DNA of 64,000 nucleotides from Candidatus Kapaibacterium sp. (GTDB lineage Bacteria; Bacteroidota; Ignavibacteria; Kapaibacteriales; UBA2268). The notes under the pieces were generated by a model, which did no database searches, was not told the DNA's origin, and was given only the letters and a program-made list of their open reading frames with translations. Position 1 is the first letter of the stretch. Each line of letters starts with the position of its first letter. Both the position numbers and the translations under genes were made by a program. The stretch spans positions 4,960,001 through 5,024,000 of the forward strand of contig OY762428.1 in NCBI GenBank assembly GCA_963665665.1, in the 5' to 3' direction. Below are positions 1 through 10,725 of this stretch, in pieces.

Positions 1-70
1 TGGAAATCAAAATATTATCAATATTGCCTTTTCCTACTTCTCCTGTCGATATGTTAATAATTTCTTTCAT
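1..70 (-). CDS. cheD: 5' end of a second CheD-like gene (runs off the window edge)
   Basis: Positions 1-70 are almost identical to 5858-5927, the start of the cheD ORF (MKEIINISTGEVGKGNIDNILIS). Confidence 0.8.
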   Translation of the reverse strand, partial: MKEIINISTGEVGKGNIDNILIS

Positions 71-283
71 CTTTTTCAACTAACTTATAAAATTAATTCT
101 TTTAGTAGTTTTTATTAATCATATCACCCTGCATGTTGAATTATAGACAGAATATAAGAAAATATTCTTAAACTTCCTTTCAAATTTTTAATACACCGGT
201 CTGTCGATTTTCAATTTTGTAGAAAACATGGAATATCTTTTGGGAAATAAAAAAAATCAGGATTTTAACAATACAGGAAAATA
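1..283. repeat. Direct duplication of the cheD 5' end and upstream region (second copy at 5858-6139)
   Basis: Colinear near-identical sequence with scattered substitutions and small indels, ending near GATTTTAACAATA.AGGAAAATA in both copies. Confidence 0.9.
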
Positions 284-540
284 CGGGTTAGTAGCGGATA
301 AAGCCGGAAAATGTTGTACTGAATAAGGTGAAGAGTCTGTTCTTCAGGATTTTATCATAGAAACAAGTGTATTCTTTATTTCGATTCTGCCACAGCCGAA
401 GAATTTTGTTCTTTCCCGGGGGCTTGAAAACGCATAATTTGGAGAAATTAATCCCTGAATATAATTGAATTTCAGCGATCCGGATCATATTCCTGTCGAA
501 TTTTTACTTATTTCCCATCCGTACTCGTAATTGCCTGATA

Positions 541-1045
541 TTATTGATATTAATATCATTGACACATCCTTCTGAAACGATTTTTTACAGCCAAAATCCC
601 TTTTTCTGAGCCTTCCGAGCGTTCCCCCGTGCCTTCCGAGCGTTCCCTCGTGCTTTCCGAGCGTTCCCCCGACCCTGCCGAGCGTTCCCCCGTGCCTGCC
701 GAGCGTTCCCCCGTCCTTTCCGAGCGTTCCCTCGTGCTTTCCGAGCGTTCCCCCGACCCTGCCGAGCGTTCCCCCGTGCCTGCCGAGCGTTCCCCTGAGC
801 TTTCCGAGACACTTTTTCAGGTAAAATTTTACTCAGAAAAGACATAGTTTCACTTTTTTGATATAGAATTTCGTTCTATTAGTCAGTTCGTTCCCCTCGA
901 TCAATTGATGTTTTAATGGGGAAGTAGCCCAATTCGCTATGGCGATGAAAATATTCAGTTCAAAAATATTGAAGTTTGCTATGCCCGGCAAACTTAATGA
1001 TCATTTTGCACAGAATTTCAATCGGATGAGGGTAGAGATAACTAA
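541..1045. repeat. Dispersed element type 1, copy A (conserved flanks plus 21-bp tandem repeat)
   Basis: Homologous to about 45043-45591 both before and after the tandem array, e.g. GAGACACTTTTTCAG...ACTCAGAAAA...TTTCACTTTTTTGATAT.GAATTTCGTTCTATT...TTTGCTATGCCCGGC. Confidence 0.85.
610..810. repeat. 21-bp tandem repeat, about 9.5 units (GCCTTCCGAGCGTTCCCCCGT consensus)
   Basis: Directly visible GC-rich periodic sequence; heptad periodicity in all overlapping ORFs. Confidence 0.95.
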
Positions 1046-1208
1046 GTCACAATATGTATCAGGTTTCGGAGAGTATAATCTTGCAATACAAGCTTTAGTC
1101 CCCGATGTTTGATACTGTACCGATTTAAATGTTAGATAAAGTTAACCCGGGGACTATTATCTTAAACCAGTCCGCGGATTTATTTCTTTTTAAGTTGTAA
1201 GTTATCAC

Positions 1209-1262
1209 TTACTTCTACTCAATCTTTGCGGACGGCTTGCTTGAAATATCATAAGTAACGCA
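1209..1262 (-). pseudogene. Decayed guaA 3'-end remnant
   Basis: 1233-1259 matches guaA 19741-19767 at 26/27 nt; minus strand reads [14 protein letters not shown] versus gua[17 protein letters not shown]. Confidence 0.85.
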
Positions 1263-1328
1263 GCTGATAGCGCTGTTTTCAGTATTTATAAATAATTTGA
1301 ATGAATCTTCATATAAATATTATTTTGA

Positions 1329-4300
1329 TCATTCGTCAGGAATCCAATATTTTGCTTTTTTACCAAATTTTTCAAGTAGTCTGTTTATCTCCTTTTTTAA
1401 TTCGATCATTTTCAACTCCCTGTCCACAGATGCTTTATTGAATATTTCCAATTGGGACATCCTGTTTTTTAATTTTTGTTCAGCTGTCTTACGTTCAGTT
1501 AATAATCTTGATAGTACTAAGTTGCTGTAGCTTTGCGCAGAAATCAATCTGGCAAATTCTGAGAAAAATCTAATTGCACTTTCAACAGTAGTTCTGCTAT
1601 ATTTGGGCACCTTCTTAACTGCTTCAAGATAGCTGTCTTCATCATACCCATATTTTTTTGCCTGATCTCGAAAAAGTTTAAAATCAAGTATCTCATCAAC
1701 ATAGAAAAATTGTCCGAAGAAAATATTCCCAATATGCTGTCCGGCAATTTCAATCGGTGCAGCAGATTCCCACAGGTTATTTTTACATTTATATAGCTTA
1801 AACTCTCCTGAAGCTACACCGTGCGAAAGCAAGGTATCACTATCAATACAGTTTTTTTCTGATTCAGGATTTGTTCTGTGGAATTTTTTACAAATGTCTC
1901 TCCAACCAACACTGGCCAGAATATTTCCTTTTAAATCTGTAATACCAATGCACATCCCTGTCATATTATTCAAACTATCCATGAGTAACTGTATTGTTTC
2001 CATATCTAAAATATCCGAGAGTTCAAGGCTTGATATATCACCGTCCGGCCTGGTGATAGCGGATAGTTTTCTTCGTACAGATGCTTCGCTTTCAATTAAT
2101 GCATTTTTTGTCTCTACCTTTTCGGTAACATCAAAAACGATCCCTTCATATAGAATAATATTTCCTGAGGAATCCCTTCTGATTTTCGTTCTATCTTCTA
2201 CCCATTTAATTTCCCGATATTTTGTTATTATTCTGTATGGCTTGTGATAGAAAAAATCAGGCATATCAGGTTTACTGTGAGTAGCTAATTCAGTCGACAC
2301 CCTGTCAATGTCTTCTTTATGTATTAAGTCACCATATTTTACTTTGCCCGAAACAAAATCACTATCCGAATAGCCAAATAATTCGGAAACATTTTCAGTA
2401 ACAAATCCAACGGGCCAACCTTTTTCATTTTTCCATTGAAAGGCTACAACCGGACTACTGTTAATTATTGAATTAGCTTTTTGGAGAGCTTCTTCTGCTA
2501 ATTTTTGTTTTTGCTGAACTGCAATAACCGGAGCAATATAATCAGCTATTTCCTGTAATAAATTAAAATCATTATCAGTATAATCAGATGCCTTGTTTCC
2601 TACTGAAATCAAACCAATACTTTTATTTTGGTACACCAGTGGTATGGTTAGAAAGCGGTCAACAGGTAAATGCCCATCAGGAACCTTAAATGGTTTGTTG
2701 GAATATGCACCTTTTTTATTTAGCAGCCCCTTGCCCCAAATTGAATCACTCCAGGATTCTTTTGGGAAGACAATCGTTTTGTCCATCATTTTACATTCAT
2801 CCCAGATATCTTTTGTCATCGAGGGACAAACTAAGTCTCCAAAGTCATCTATATAACCAAATACACCATGTTTGCTATTCAATAATTGTAGTATAGCATC
2901 CAACACACAGGCATACAAATCATCTTCTTCTTTTGAAAGTAAGAGTTGTGAGATTTGACTTTTCGCATTGATTATTAGTTCCTGCTTTTTTCTATCTGTG
3001 ATATCTTTATAATCTTCAACAATCCCAATCAACCCACCTTGATCGTCTTTTAAAGGGGTTGTTGTCTTAATTGTAGGAATTTCTTTTCCATCTGGCCCTT
3101 TCTTGTAAATTTCAGTTTCAATCCTTTTATCTGGGTTTTCTTTGAATAACTTTATCGGGCAATCATCGGTATTACAGTTATCCCCCCAGAACACATCATA
3201 ACAATATTTTCCTAATATTTCCTCCTGGGTTAGTCCAACCATTTTACAGAAGGTATCATTCACTCTTTTGATCTTATAATCAGTTCCTACAACACGCATT
3301 CCATCAGCAGCAGTGTTAAATATTGTTTTTAATTCTTCTTCAGCTTTTATTCTTTCAGTTATGTTCTGTACAAAAGCGAAATAAAAAGAAATTTCGCCAT
3401 TCTCATCCAAACTACAATGGACTGTTAATTCAACAGGAATTCTTTCACCATTTTTTCTAATATATTCTTTTTCATATGTTACTGGCTGCCCGGTTTCGTG
3501 TAATTTTTTTAGTTCTCTGAATTCATGTTCCAGCCAATCACTGGGAGTTAATACATTATTCCAGTCAATTTTTTGAAGCTCCTCCTGAGTATAGCCTGTG
3601 ATATTCTGATACATTTTATTGCTTCTGCCAAGCCTGCCATCCGGATATCCAATTGCCACACCAACTGATGAATTATGCACAATATCTGACCAAAATTTAG
3701 AATCTTTATATGCAGAAATCAATTCTTGATTGGCAGCACGTAATTGCTGTTCATTTGCCTGTAATTGCTGATTGGCAGCACGTAATTCTTCTTCAGCTTT
3801 TATTTTTTCTGTTATGTCTTCAGAGTATATAAAAAAGGTTCTGGTTCCTTTAATTATGGTCCCAAGGCTTTTTATCGTCCGATAAATTCCTCTTTTGTCC
3901 TTGAACCGGTACGTGACTTCAGCTGACCCTGACTTTTCAGCTTCTTCAAAAGCTGATGATACTTTGGCCTGATCTTCCTCATGAATAAATGCAAATGAGT
4001 TTACTCCTAAAAGTTCCGTATCTGTATATCCTAATACGGTTTCAACAGAACTATTAATTTCGAGATAGTTTCCATTTTCATCGATATGTCCAAACATAAT
4101 AGGTGCATTGTCAAAAAGAGTTCTATAATGTGATTCCCTTTCTTTTATTGTTTCTTCAGCTTTTATTTTTTCAGTTATATCATAAGAATAAGCTGTTATC
4201 CCCAAAATATTGTTATTCTCATCATAAATAGGATTTATATGGATACTATAATACCTTTTTTGTTTATCTCCATAGACTTCTCTTGAAACAATGCTTTCTC

Positions 4301-5420
4301 CTTTAAATCCTTTATCATATATATGCCTGATGTTTTGTATATCCTTTTTGCTGGTCATAAATTCAAATATGCATTTCCCGAGTTCAGGAGTTTTGTTATA
4401 AGCTGCTTTCATCACATTCTTATGGGTATTATTGAAATATAAATAACGGTATTCCTTATCCAAGCTAAGAATGATCATATCCACAGGACTTTCCACACTT
4501 GCTCTTAAAAGTAGCTCTTTTCTTTTAAGTTCTTCTTCTGCTTCTTTCCACTCCGTTACATCCTGGAAAGTGCCTTTTAATTTTATAACTTTTCCATCTC
4601 TAATTTCCGGTTTGCATGTCGTACGAGTAATAAGATGTTTCCCTTTTGCAGTGATAAAGCGTAAAAAAAGGTCATAGGGCTCACCATTGGTTGATGCTTT
4701 TGTTAATGCTTCCTGCAGGATTGCCCGGTCCTCGTGATGGAAGTAGTTTATTGCTTCATCAATAGGGGGCTTGTGGCTTTTGTTTACTTGATGTATACGG
4801 TAGGTTTCATCCGACCAGGTTACTTCATTAGTACCGACATCTACTTCCCAGCCACCAACTCTTGCCATTTTACCTGTATTTTCAATCAGTTGGCTTTTTT
4901 TCTTTAGTTCTGTTTCGCTGGCTGCAAGCTGCTGATTGGCTGCTCTTAATTGCTGTTCACTGGCTATAAGCTTCTGGTTTGATTTCTCCAATGTAAATTG
5001 AGCATTTTTAATATCGGTTATTACCTGGAAGAATACGGAAATCTTATTCTCACTATAATATATATTTACATTATACCAGTTGCTATATGGTTCAATTCCA
5101 AAATAGGTTTCAAATTTAAAAGATATCTTTTCGTCGAAAGCTTTTCTGTAATTTGATTCAAAAACAGAGTTCTTAGCTTCAGGAAATGCCTGGAATAGGG
5201 GTTTGTTAATAACATCTTCTGCTGCTTTTCCAAGTAGATCTTCAGCAGCTTTATTAAAATATGTTACAAGCAAATCTTTTGTTTCCAGAACAAAAAAGCC
5301 ATCATTAATGCTTTCAAGAACTGATTTTAGTTGTTCATTAACAGCTTCTAATTGCTGTTCTTTAGCTTTGAGCTGTTGATTAGCTGCTAATAGCTGGTGT
5401 TCTGACGAATTTTTTCCCAT
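1329..5420 (-). CDS. Multi-PAS/PAC, GAF and PocR domain sensor protein with Q-rich coiled coils and no recognisable output domain
   Basis: Repeated PAS/PAC motifs ending D(I/V)TE.K.AEE; GAF-like segment (RFLTIPLVYQNKSIGLISVGN); PocR-like segment (WRDICKKFHR...CIDSD...YKCKNNLWESAAPI...GQFF); ends in RELKMIELKKEINRLL with no H-box or GGDEF. Confidence 0.85.
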   Translation of the reverse strand: MGKNSSEHQLLAANQQLKAKEQQLEAVNEQLKSVLESINDGFFVLETKDLLVTYFNKAAEDLLGKAAEDVINKPLFQAFPEAKNSVFESNYRKAFDEKISFKFETYFGIEPYSNWYNVNIYYSENKISVFFQVITDIKNAQFTLEKSNQKLIASEQQLRAANQQLAASETELKKKSQLIENTGKMARVGGWEVDVGTNEVTWSDETYRIHQVNKSHKPPIDEAINYFHHEDRAILQEALTKASTNGEPYDLFLRFITAKGKHLITRTTCKPEIRDGKVIKLKGTFQDVTEWKEAEEELKRKELLLRASVESPVDMIILSLDKEYRYLYFNNTHKNVMKAAYNKTPELGKCIFEFMTSKKDIQNIRHIYDKGFKGESIVSREVYGDKQKRYYSIHINPIYDENNNILGITAYSYDITEKIKAEETIKERESHYRTLFDNAPIMFGHIDENGNYLEINSSVETVLGYTDTELLGVNSFAFIHEEDQAKVSSAFEEAEKSGSAEVTYRFKDKRGIYRTIKSLGTIIKGTRTFFIYSEDITEKIKAEEELRAANQQLQANEQQLRAANQELISAYKDSKFWSDIVHNSSVGVAIGYPDGRLGRSNKMYQNITGYTQEELQKIDWNNVLTPSDWLEHEFRELKKLHETGQPVTYEKEYIRKNGERIPVELTVHCSLDENGEISFYFAFVQNITERIKAEEELKTIFNTAADGMRVVGTDYKIKRVNDTFCKMVGLTQEEILGKYCYDVFWGDNCNTDDCPIKLFKENPDKRIETEIYKKGPDGKEIPTIKTTTPLKDDQGGLIGIVEDYKDITDRKKQELIINAKSQISQLLLSKEEDDLYACVLDAILQLLNSKHGVFGYIDDFGDLVCPSMTKDIWDECKMMDKTIVFPKESWSDSIWGKGLLNKKGAYSNKPFKVPDGHLPVDRFLTIPLVYQNKSIGLISVGNKASDYTDNDFNLLQEIADYIAPVIAVQQKQKLAEEALQKANSIINSSPVVAFQWKNEKGWPVGFVTENVSELFGYSDSDFVSGKVKYGDLIHKEDIDRVSTELATHSKPDMPDFFYHKPYRIITKYREIKWVEDRTKIRRDSSGNIILYEGIVFDVTEKVETKNALIESEASVRRKLSAITRPDGDISSLELSDILDMETIQLLMDSLNNMTGMCIGITDLKGNILASVGWRDICKKFHRTNPESEKNCIDSDTLLSHGVASGEFKLYKCKNNLWESAAPIEIAGQHIGNIFFGQFFYVDEILDFKLFRDQAKKYGYDEDSYLEAVKKVPKYSRTTVESAIRFFSEFARLISAQSYSNLVLSRLLTERKTAEQKLKNRMSQLEIFNKASVDRELKMIELKKEINRLLEKFGKKAKYWIPDE

Positions 5421-5441
5421 GATATCTTTTCAGTTTTTTTC

Positions 5442-5927
5442 TTAATTCCAACGTTTTAATAAAGTTAATTTTGAGTTCCCTTCAGTGTAGAAAATTTCAC
5501 CGGTTTCAATATTGAAACGGACTGTTCTTCTTAAATACCCGCCTAATGATGTTGCTGAAACTTTTATTTTCAATTTTTTAAGTAGAGCTATAATAGAGAG
5601 AACGTTGTTTTTGCAGATTGTATCATCTGTTTTTTTTAGAACATTTCCTGCTCCAATCAGGCATACTTCTATATTGGAAAATTCATCCATGTTAATTGCC
5701 ATAAATTGTAGTAATTTTTCAATTGCATCTTCGGCATATTTTGTCTTATTCTGATTTTCTGTAATAGGTGCTTTTCCCGGCAGCATAACATGAGCCATAG
5801 CACCAATTCGCTTTTTAATATTAAATGCAGCAATAACAATGCAGGAGCCAATCCCGTTGGAAATCAAAATATTATCAATATTGCCTTTTCCTACTTCTCC
5901 TGTTGATATGTTAATAATTTCTTTCAT
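5442..5927 (-). CDS. cheD: CheD-family glutamine deamidase
   Basis: GIGSCIVI, AHVMLP, TKYAEDAI, LIGAGNV and LGGYLRRTVRF motifs typical of CheD, with catalytic Cys and His present. Confidence 0.9.
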   Translation of the reverse strand: MKEIINISTGEVGKGNIDNILISNGIGSCIVIAAFNIKKRIGAMAHVMLPGKAPITENQNKTKYAEDAIEKLLQFMAINMDEFSNIEVCLIGAGNVLKKTDDTICKNNVLSIIALLKKLKIKVSATSLGGYLRRTVRFNIETGEIFYTEGNSKLTLLKRWN

Positions 5928-6269
5928 CTTTTCAACTAACTTATAAAATCAATTACTTAGTAGTTTTTTATTAATCATATCACCCCTACATGTTGAATTG
6001 TAGACAGAATATAAGAAAATATTCTTAAACTTCCTTTCAAATTTTAATACATTGGTCTGTCGATTTTCAATTTTTTGTAGAATACCAGGAATATCTTTTG
6101 AAAAATACAAAATCAGGATTTTAACAATAAAGGAAAATAATGTATTTTAGGAATCAGATGAGAAATTCGAAATACTTATATACTTATTTCGATTCAAACA
6201 GATATAAGAATATAGTGTTTACAGTTTATACATTTATTGAATAATTGATAATTTTGTAAGGCGGCCTGC

Positions 6270-9200
6270 ATGAGAAAATTTTTTACTACTTTAATTGCAT
6301 TTCTTTTTTTTCTGATTATTACTGTTTCATTCGGACAAAATAGTCCAGATTTTTTTAAAACTATCCCCGTTATTGATGACAGTACGCCTGAATGGGCAAT
6401 GTTGATGTATTCTGACAATCCAAATGTTGCTGAAGTTGAGGACATGTACCGGGCATATTACAGGGATCACGAATTTGTAAAGACCATACACACCCAGAAT
6501 CATAAGTACTGGATAAGACTCGTAGAACCGCTTTTGGATCAAAATGGTTTTATCAGACAAAAAAGCAGTGCTGAGGAAGACTATGAGAATAAAAGACTGA
6601 AAGATAAGTTCAAAAAAAATCAATTATTGAGCATTGAAGGATCGGATAAGGGCTGGGTTGCTATGGGGCCTTTTGAAACTTTTAAAAAAAATACAGATCA
6701 GGCTATCTCGTGGCATAAAAATATCTATTCTATTGATCAGTCAGAATCCAATCCGGATATACTGATATGCGGAACCGAAGCCGGAGGCGTTTATAAAACA
6801 ACTGACAGAGCTGCTATCTGGTTTCTTATATCTAAGGGCGAGGTGTTTTCCGGTGGTAATTCAGCGGTGAAAATCCATCCGACCGACCCTGATAATTTTC
6901 TTGTCGCTTCAAACAAAAGAATTTATCAATCTTTGGATGGCGGTTTAACCTGGGTGGAAAGGCATTTTACAAGTGGAGCAGGGAATGAATTTCAATATTC
7001 TCCATCTGATCATAATATTATTTTCCATACTTCAACATCCGGACTATTCAAATCGACGGACGGCGGAACTACCTGGACTCAGATATATTCGGAAAGCTGC
7101 TGGGACATTGACTTCCATCCTTCTGACTTTTCGGTTGCATATTTATTAAAATCAAATACTACTGCGAAGAGATGCGAATTTTTCCGAAGTGACGACGGTG
7201 GTTCAAGCTGGGAGTTAAAAGACAATGGATACTACATTCCGGCTGATATTGAGAATGCTTCAATTTCGGGCGGCAAAATAGCTGTTACTCCCGCATCGGC
7301 CGACCTTGTTTATGTTTGCCTGATAGGTGCTTCAAAAACTGATGATAATGGCTGGATTGGAGTTTATAAAAGTACTGATAAAGGTGATGCCTGGACTAAT
7401 CCCTCGGGGCAGGACGGCGGGCCTTACGGACCGATAAATGGAAGCGATACTGTATGGAATGTAGCCGCATATAGCAGCGGCTATCACCAGGGATTTTTTA
7501 ATTTCGACCTGGAAGCGAGCCCTACGGATCCGGACAAAATATGGATTGCAACAATAAGATTAACTGAATCAAATGACGGTGGAAAATCTTTTACAGCAAT
7601 AGGTGCTGCAAATTCAGACCGTTTATCTGATTTTCATGCTGATGTTCAGGATATTGAAGTAAACGGTGATGAAATCTGGGTGGCTTCAGATGGCGGAGTA
7701 AATTATTCCAATGATGAATTAAATTCTCATAAGGCATTGAACAAAGGAATTCAGGCGGCACATTTCTGGGGATTCAACACAGGATGGAACGAAGATACTT
7801 TTACAGGCGGCAAATATCACGACGGTACAAGCGGCTGGTATGAGGGATATGGGGTAGGAAATGCATATAATATTGGCGGTGTTGAGGAAGCCTCCGGATA
7901 TGTGCATCCGATAGATAACAGAAAACTATTGTTCAGAGAGCATTATGCAAGTTCGAATACCATTGTATTGACTATTCCGACGATTTTTGGGGATAATGTA
8001 ATAAATCATTCCTCTTTGCCAATCAGGCCGAATGAATCTTATTTGGTAGCCGAGAGAAGCGGTTTATATTTTGATCCGAGATACTCAAACCATATTTATG
8101 TCGGGCTTGAAAACAAAGTATATAAATCTATCGACGGTGGAGTGAATTTCAATGTGATCTATACATTTCCCGATAATGACGGCATGGTATATGAAATGGA
8201 AATTTCACGGAGCAATCCGGATGTAATTTATGCCGTGTATAATCCTACCGGAGGTTATTGGGATCCTTGTGAAATATGGAAAACCACCGATGGAGGAATA
8301 AGCTGGAACAAAACTGCAGGAATTCCGGAAGGAAATAACAGAAGGTTTAGAATAACTATTAACCCGGAAGATGAAGATAATGTCTGGATTTGCACTCCCA
8401 GAGGCGGCAATGCCGGGAAAGTCAGTTCAACCACCGACGGCGGTGATACATGGACAGACAGAACAACTGACGTTTTAGATGGCGAGAACCTCACAGATAT
8501 TTTATACCAGGGCGGAACAAACGACATTGTTTATGTTGGATCGCAAAATGGGGTTTTCTATTGGGACGCAAATACAAGCAATTGGATAGATTACTCCACC
8601 GATCTGCCCCTGATTGCAAAATGCTTACAGATCAATCCATTTTACAGAGACGCTGAATTGCGCCTTGGAACAACCGGAAGAGGCGTTTGGGCAAGAAAGA
8701 TGGCGGATACCATGTTTTCTCCGATTGCCCAGCCGATAACTTATACTGATACTGTTTTTTGTTCAAGGGATACCGTAAAATTCGATTGTTATTCGATATT
8801 GAATCAAAATGAAGCAGAATGGGAATGGTCTTTTACACCTGATCCGTTTTTTATAAGTTCCGGGACGGCTAGAAATCCCAAAGTGGTTTTTGGCGCCGAA
8901 GGTGATTATGATGTAAGTTTAACTGTTACGGACGCAAATGGCAATTCAAGTACAAAAACTATTAAAAGTATGATAACTGTCCGCAACCTTTGCGAGCCGG
9001 ACTCGGTAGCCGGAAATGCTTTGAAAGTATCAGATGACGGGGATTATTTCAGTGCCGGCGATTTGAATTTGTCAAACATTACTCATTTCACTGCTACAGC
9101 CTGGATAAAACCGGCCGGAAAGCAGGACGGATTTGCAGGTATTGTTACAAATGGAGAGTGGTGTGCTCATTGTAATACACCAATCGGGTTGATATTCGAT

Positions 9201-10709
9201 TACTATGGCGATAAATTATATTACAGATGGCCCGATGGCTCAGGTTGGGGGAGTAACAGCGGTATAACGGTTCCATTAAACGAATGGTCCTATGTTGCAA
9301 TGGTTGTTACTCCGGACTCTGTTACACTCTATTTAAACGATCAGCAGTGGGTTTCAGATGTTAGTTTAAGTCCTGTTGACCTACCTGTATTATATATCGG
9401 GAAAGGGCATTATTCTAAATATTTCAGAGGGAATATCGACGAGGTAACAATTTGGAACAGGGCATTATCCCAAAGTGAAATCAGAGATTTGAAACACCTG
9501 ACCAAAAAAGATATTATCAACTCAGAGCCGGGACTGGTAGCATATTATCAATTTAATAAATTATCAGGTTCCGCAATATTTGACAATGGCCGGAGCAATC
9601 ACGGCTGGATTACCGGAATGGCAGCTTTGGAAACATCGACAGCTCCGGTTGGCCCCGGCGTAAGCGAAAGAATGACCATTGATAATTCAGGACCATATTC
9701 TTTTGAAAATACAGGATTGGAAATTGAATTTGGCAGCACTCATCCTGAAGGAGAAATTGTTGTGTCAAGGTTAAATGTATTGCCTGACAGTTTACCAAAT
9801 TCCAACCCTTCTGTCAGGAATTATTGGATAATAAATAACTATGGAACAGTTGATTTCAGTGCAATGCAGAATATCAAATTTAAATCCGGCTGCGGCTTGC
9901 CCATTGGCGATCCTGCCGATGCAATACTGCACGTAAGAAATGAAAATGAGCATTTGAATAGTTGGACCGGACTTTGCAGTGCGCAGGATTATACCGGGAA
10001 TACTTATAACTTTAACGAAAGTTGTAATATAACTAATACAAAACAATTCTTTATCCAGTCCGATAGCCAGTCTGATATTCATAAATGGTTTAAAGTTATA
10101 TATATCGATACAATTATCTGCAAGGATGAAAGTATCTTTTTGGAAGGAAAATGGCAAAGTACAGAAGGTGTTTACACCGACACTATTCCGATTTCAGCAT
10201 CAATTGTAAATGTAAACGTTACAACACTAAAAATAGCGAAGGTTGATACTTCGGTAACTGTTGATTCTCCGACCTTGATTTCCAATGCTAACGATGCATC
10301 ATATCAGTGGATTGATTGCAAAAACATGGAGCCAATATCAGGTGAAACAAATAGAAGTTTTACAGCAAAAACTGATGGTGATTATGCTGTTGAAGTAACA
10401 CAAAACGGCTGTACTGATACTTCTTCATGTCATCAGGTTTTCGTATCAGGTATTATTCAAAATGATTTTGGCAGTGATTTTCGGGTTTTTCCTAATCCTA
10501 CTACGGGTATTATTAATATTGATTTGAGCATTCCTTACCAGTCAATCGAATGTAAGATCTTTAACACAAGCGGACAATTGATGAATACGATAAATAAAAG
10601 CAGCACCAGCCGGATAGACTTTGTAATCGAAGGGCCTGCCGGTTACTATTTGGTGGAAATAAGAACATCATACAACAAGAAGGCGGTATTTAAGATTTTA
10701 AAATATTAG
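6270..10709 (+). CDS. Secreted BNR/VPS10-like beta-propeller, PKD and LamG protein with T9SS C-terminal domain
   Basis: Signal peptide; many S/T-x-D-G-G-x-T/S-W Asp-boxes; PKD motif (GDYDVSLTVTD); LamG motif (FRGNIDEVTIWNRALS); C-terminal VFPNP...GYYLVEI...KILKY. Confidence 0.9.
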   Translation: MRKFFTTLIAFLFFLIITVSFGQNSPDFFKTIPVIDDSTPEWAMLMYSDNPNVAEVEDMYRAYYRDHEFVKTIHTQNHKYWIRLVEPLLDQNGFIRQKSSAEEDYENKRLKDKFKKNQLLSIEGSDKGWVAMGPFETFKKNTDQAISWHKNIYSIDQSESNPDILICGTEAGGVYKTTDRAAIWFLISKGEVFSGGNSAVKIHPTDPDNFLVASNKRIYQSLDGGLTWVERHFTSGAGNEFQYSPSDHNIIFHTSTSGLFKSTDGGTTWTQIYSESCWDIDFHPSDFSVAYLLKSNTTAKRCEFFRSDDGGSSWELKDNGYYIPADIENASISGGKIAVTPASADLVYVCLIGASKTDDNGWIGVYKSTDKGDAWTNPSGQDGGPYGPINGSDTVWNVAAYSSGYHQGFFNFDLEASPTDPDKIWIATIRLTESNDGGKSFTAIGAANSDRLSDFHADVQDIEVNGDEIWVASDGGVNYSNDELNSHKALNKGIQAAHFWGFNTGWNEDTFTGGKYHDGTSGWYEGYGVGNAYNIGGVEEASGYVHPIDNRKLLFREHYASSNTIVLTIPTIFGDNVINHSSLPIRPNESYLVAERSGLYFDPRYSNHIYVGLENKVYKSIDGGVNFNVIYTFPDNDGMVYEMEISRSNPDVIYAVYNPTGGYWDPCEIWKTTDGGISWNKTAGIPEGNNRRFRITINPEDEDNVWICTPRGGNAGKVSSTTDGGDTWTDRTTDVLDGENLTDILYQGGTNDIVYVGSQNGVFYWDANTSNWIDYSTDLPLIAKCLQINPFYRDAELRLGTTGRGVWARKMADTMFSPIAQPITYTDTVFCSRDTVKFDCYSILNQNEAEWEWSFTPDPFFISSGTARNPKVVFGAEGDYDVSLTVTDANGNSSTKTIKSMITVRNLCEPDSVAGNALKVSDDGDYFSAGDLNLSNITHFTATAWIKPAGKQDGFAGIVTNGEWCAHCNTPIGLIFDYYGDKLYYRWPDGSGWGSNSGITVPLNEWSYVAMVVTPDSVTLYLNDQQWVSDVSLSPVDLPVLYIGKGHYSKYFRGNIDEVTIWNRALSQSEIRDLKHLTKKDIINSEPGLVAYYQFNKLSGSAIFDNGRSNHGWITGMAALETSTAPVGPGVSERMTIDNSGPYSFENTGLEIEFGSTHPEGEIVVSRLNVLPDSLPNSNPSVRNYWIINNYGTVDFSAMQNIKFKSGCGLPIGDPADAILHVRNENEHLNSWTGLCSAQDYTGNTYNFNESCNITNTKQFFIQSDSQSDIHKWFKVIYIDTIICKDESIFLEGKWQSTEGVYTDTIPISASIVNVNVTTLKIAKVDTSVTVDSPTLISNANDASYQWIDCKNMEPISGETNRSFTAKTDGDYAVEVTQNGCTDTSSCHQVFVSGIIQNDFGSDFRVFPNPTTGIINIDLSIPYQSIECKIFNTSGQLMNTINKSSTSRIDFVIEGPAGYYLVEIRTSYNKKAVFKILKY

Positions 10710-10725
10710 AGTAATTTGGAAAGAG

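Noticed and set aside
585-847. Arg/Ala-rich and SERSP-repeat ORFs over the 21-bp arrays (also 45038-45503)
   Set aside because: Open in several frames on both strands simply because the 21-mer lacks stops; starts and ends are not shared between the two copies.
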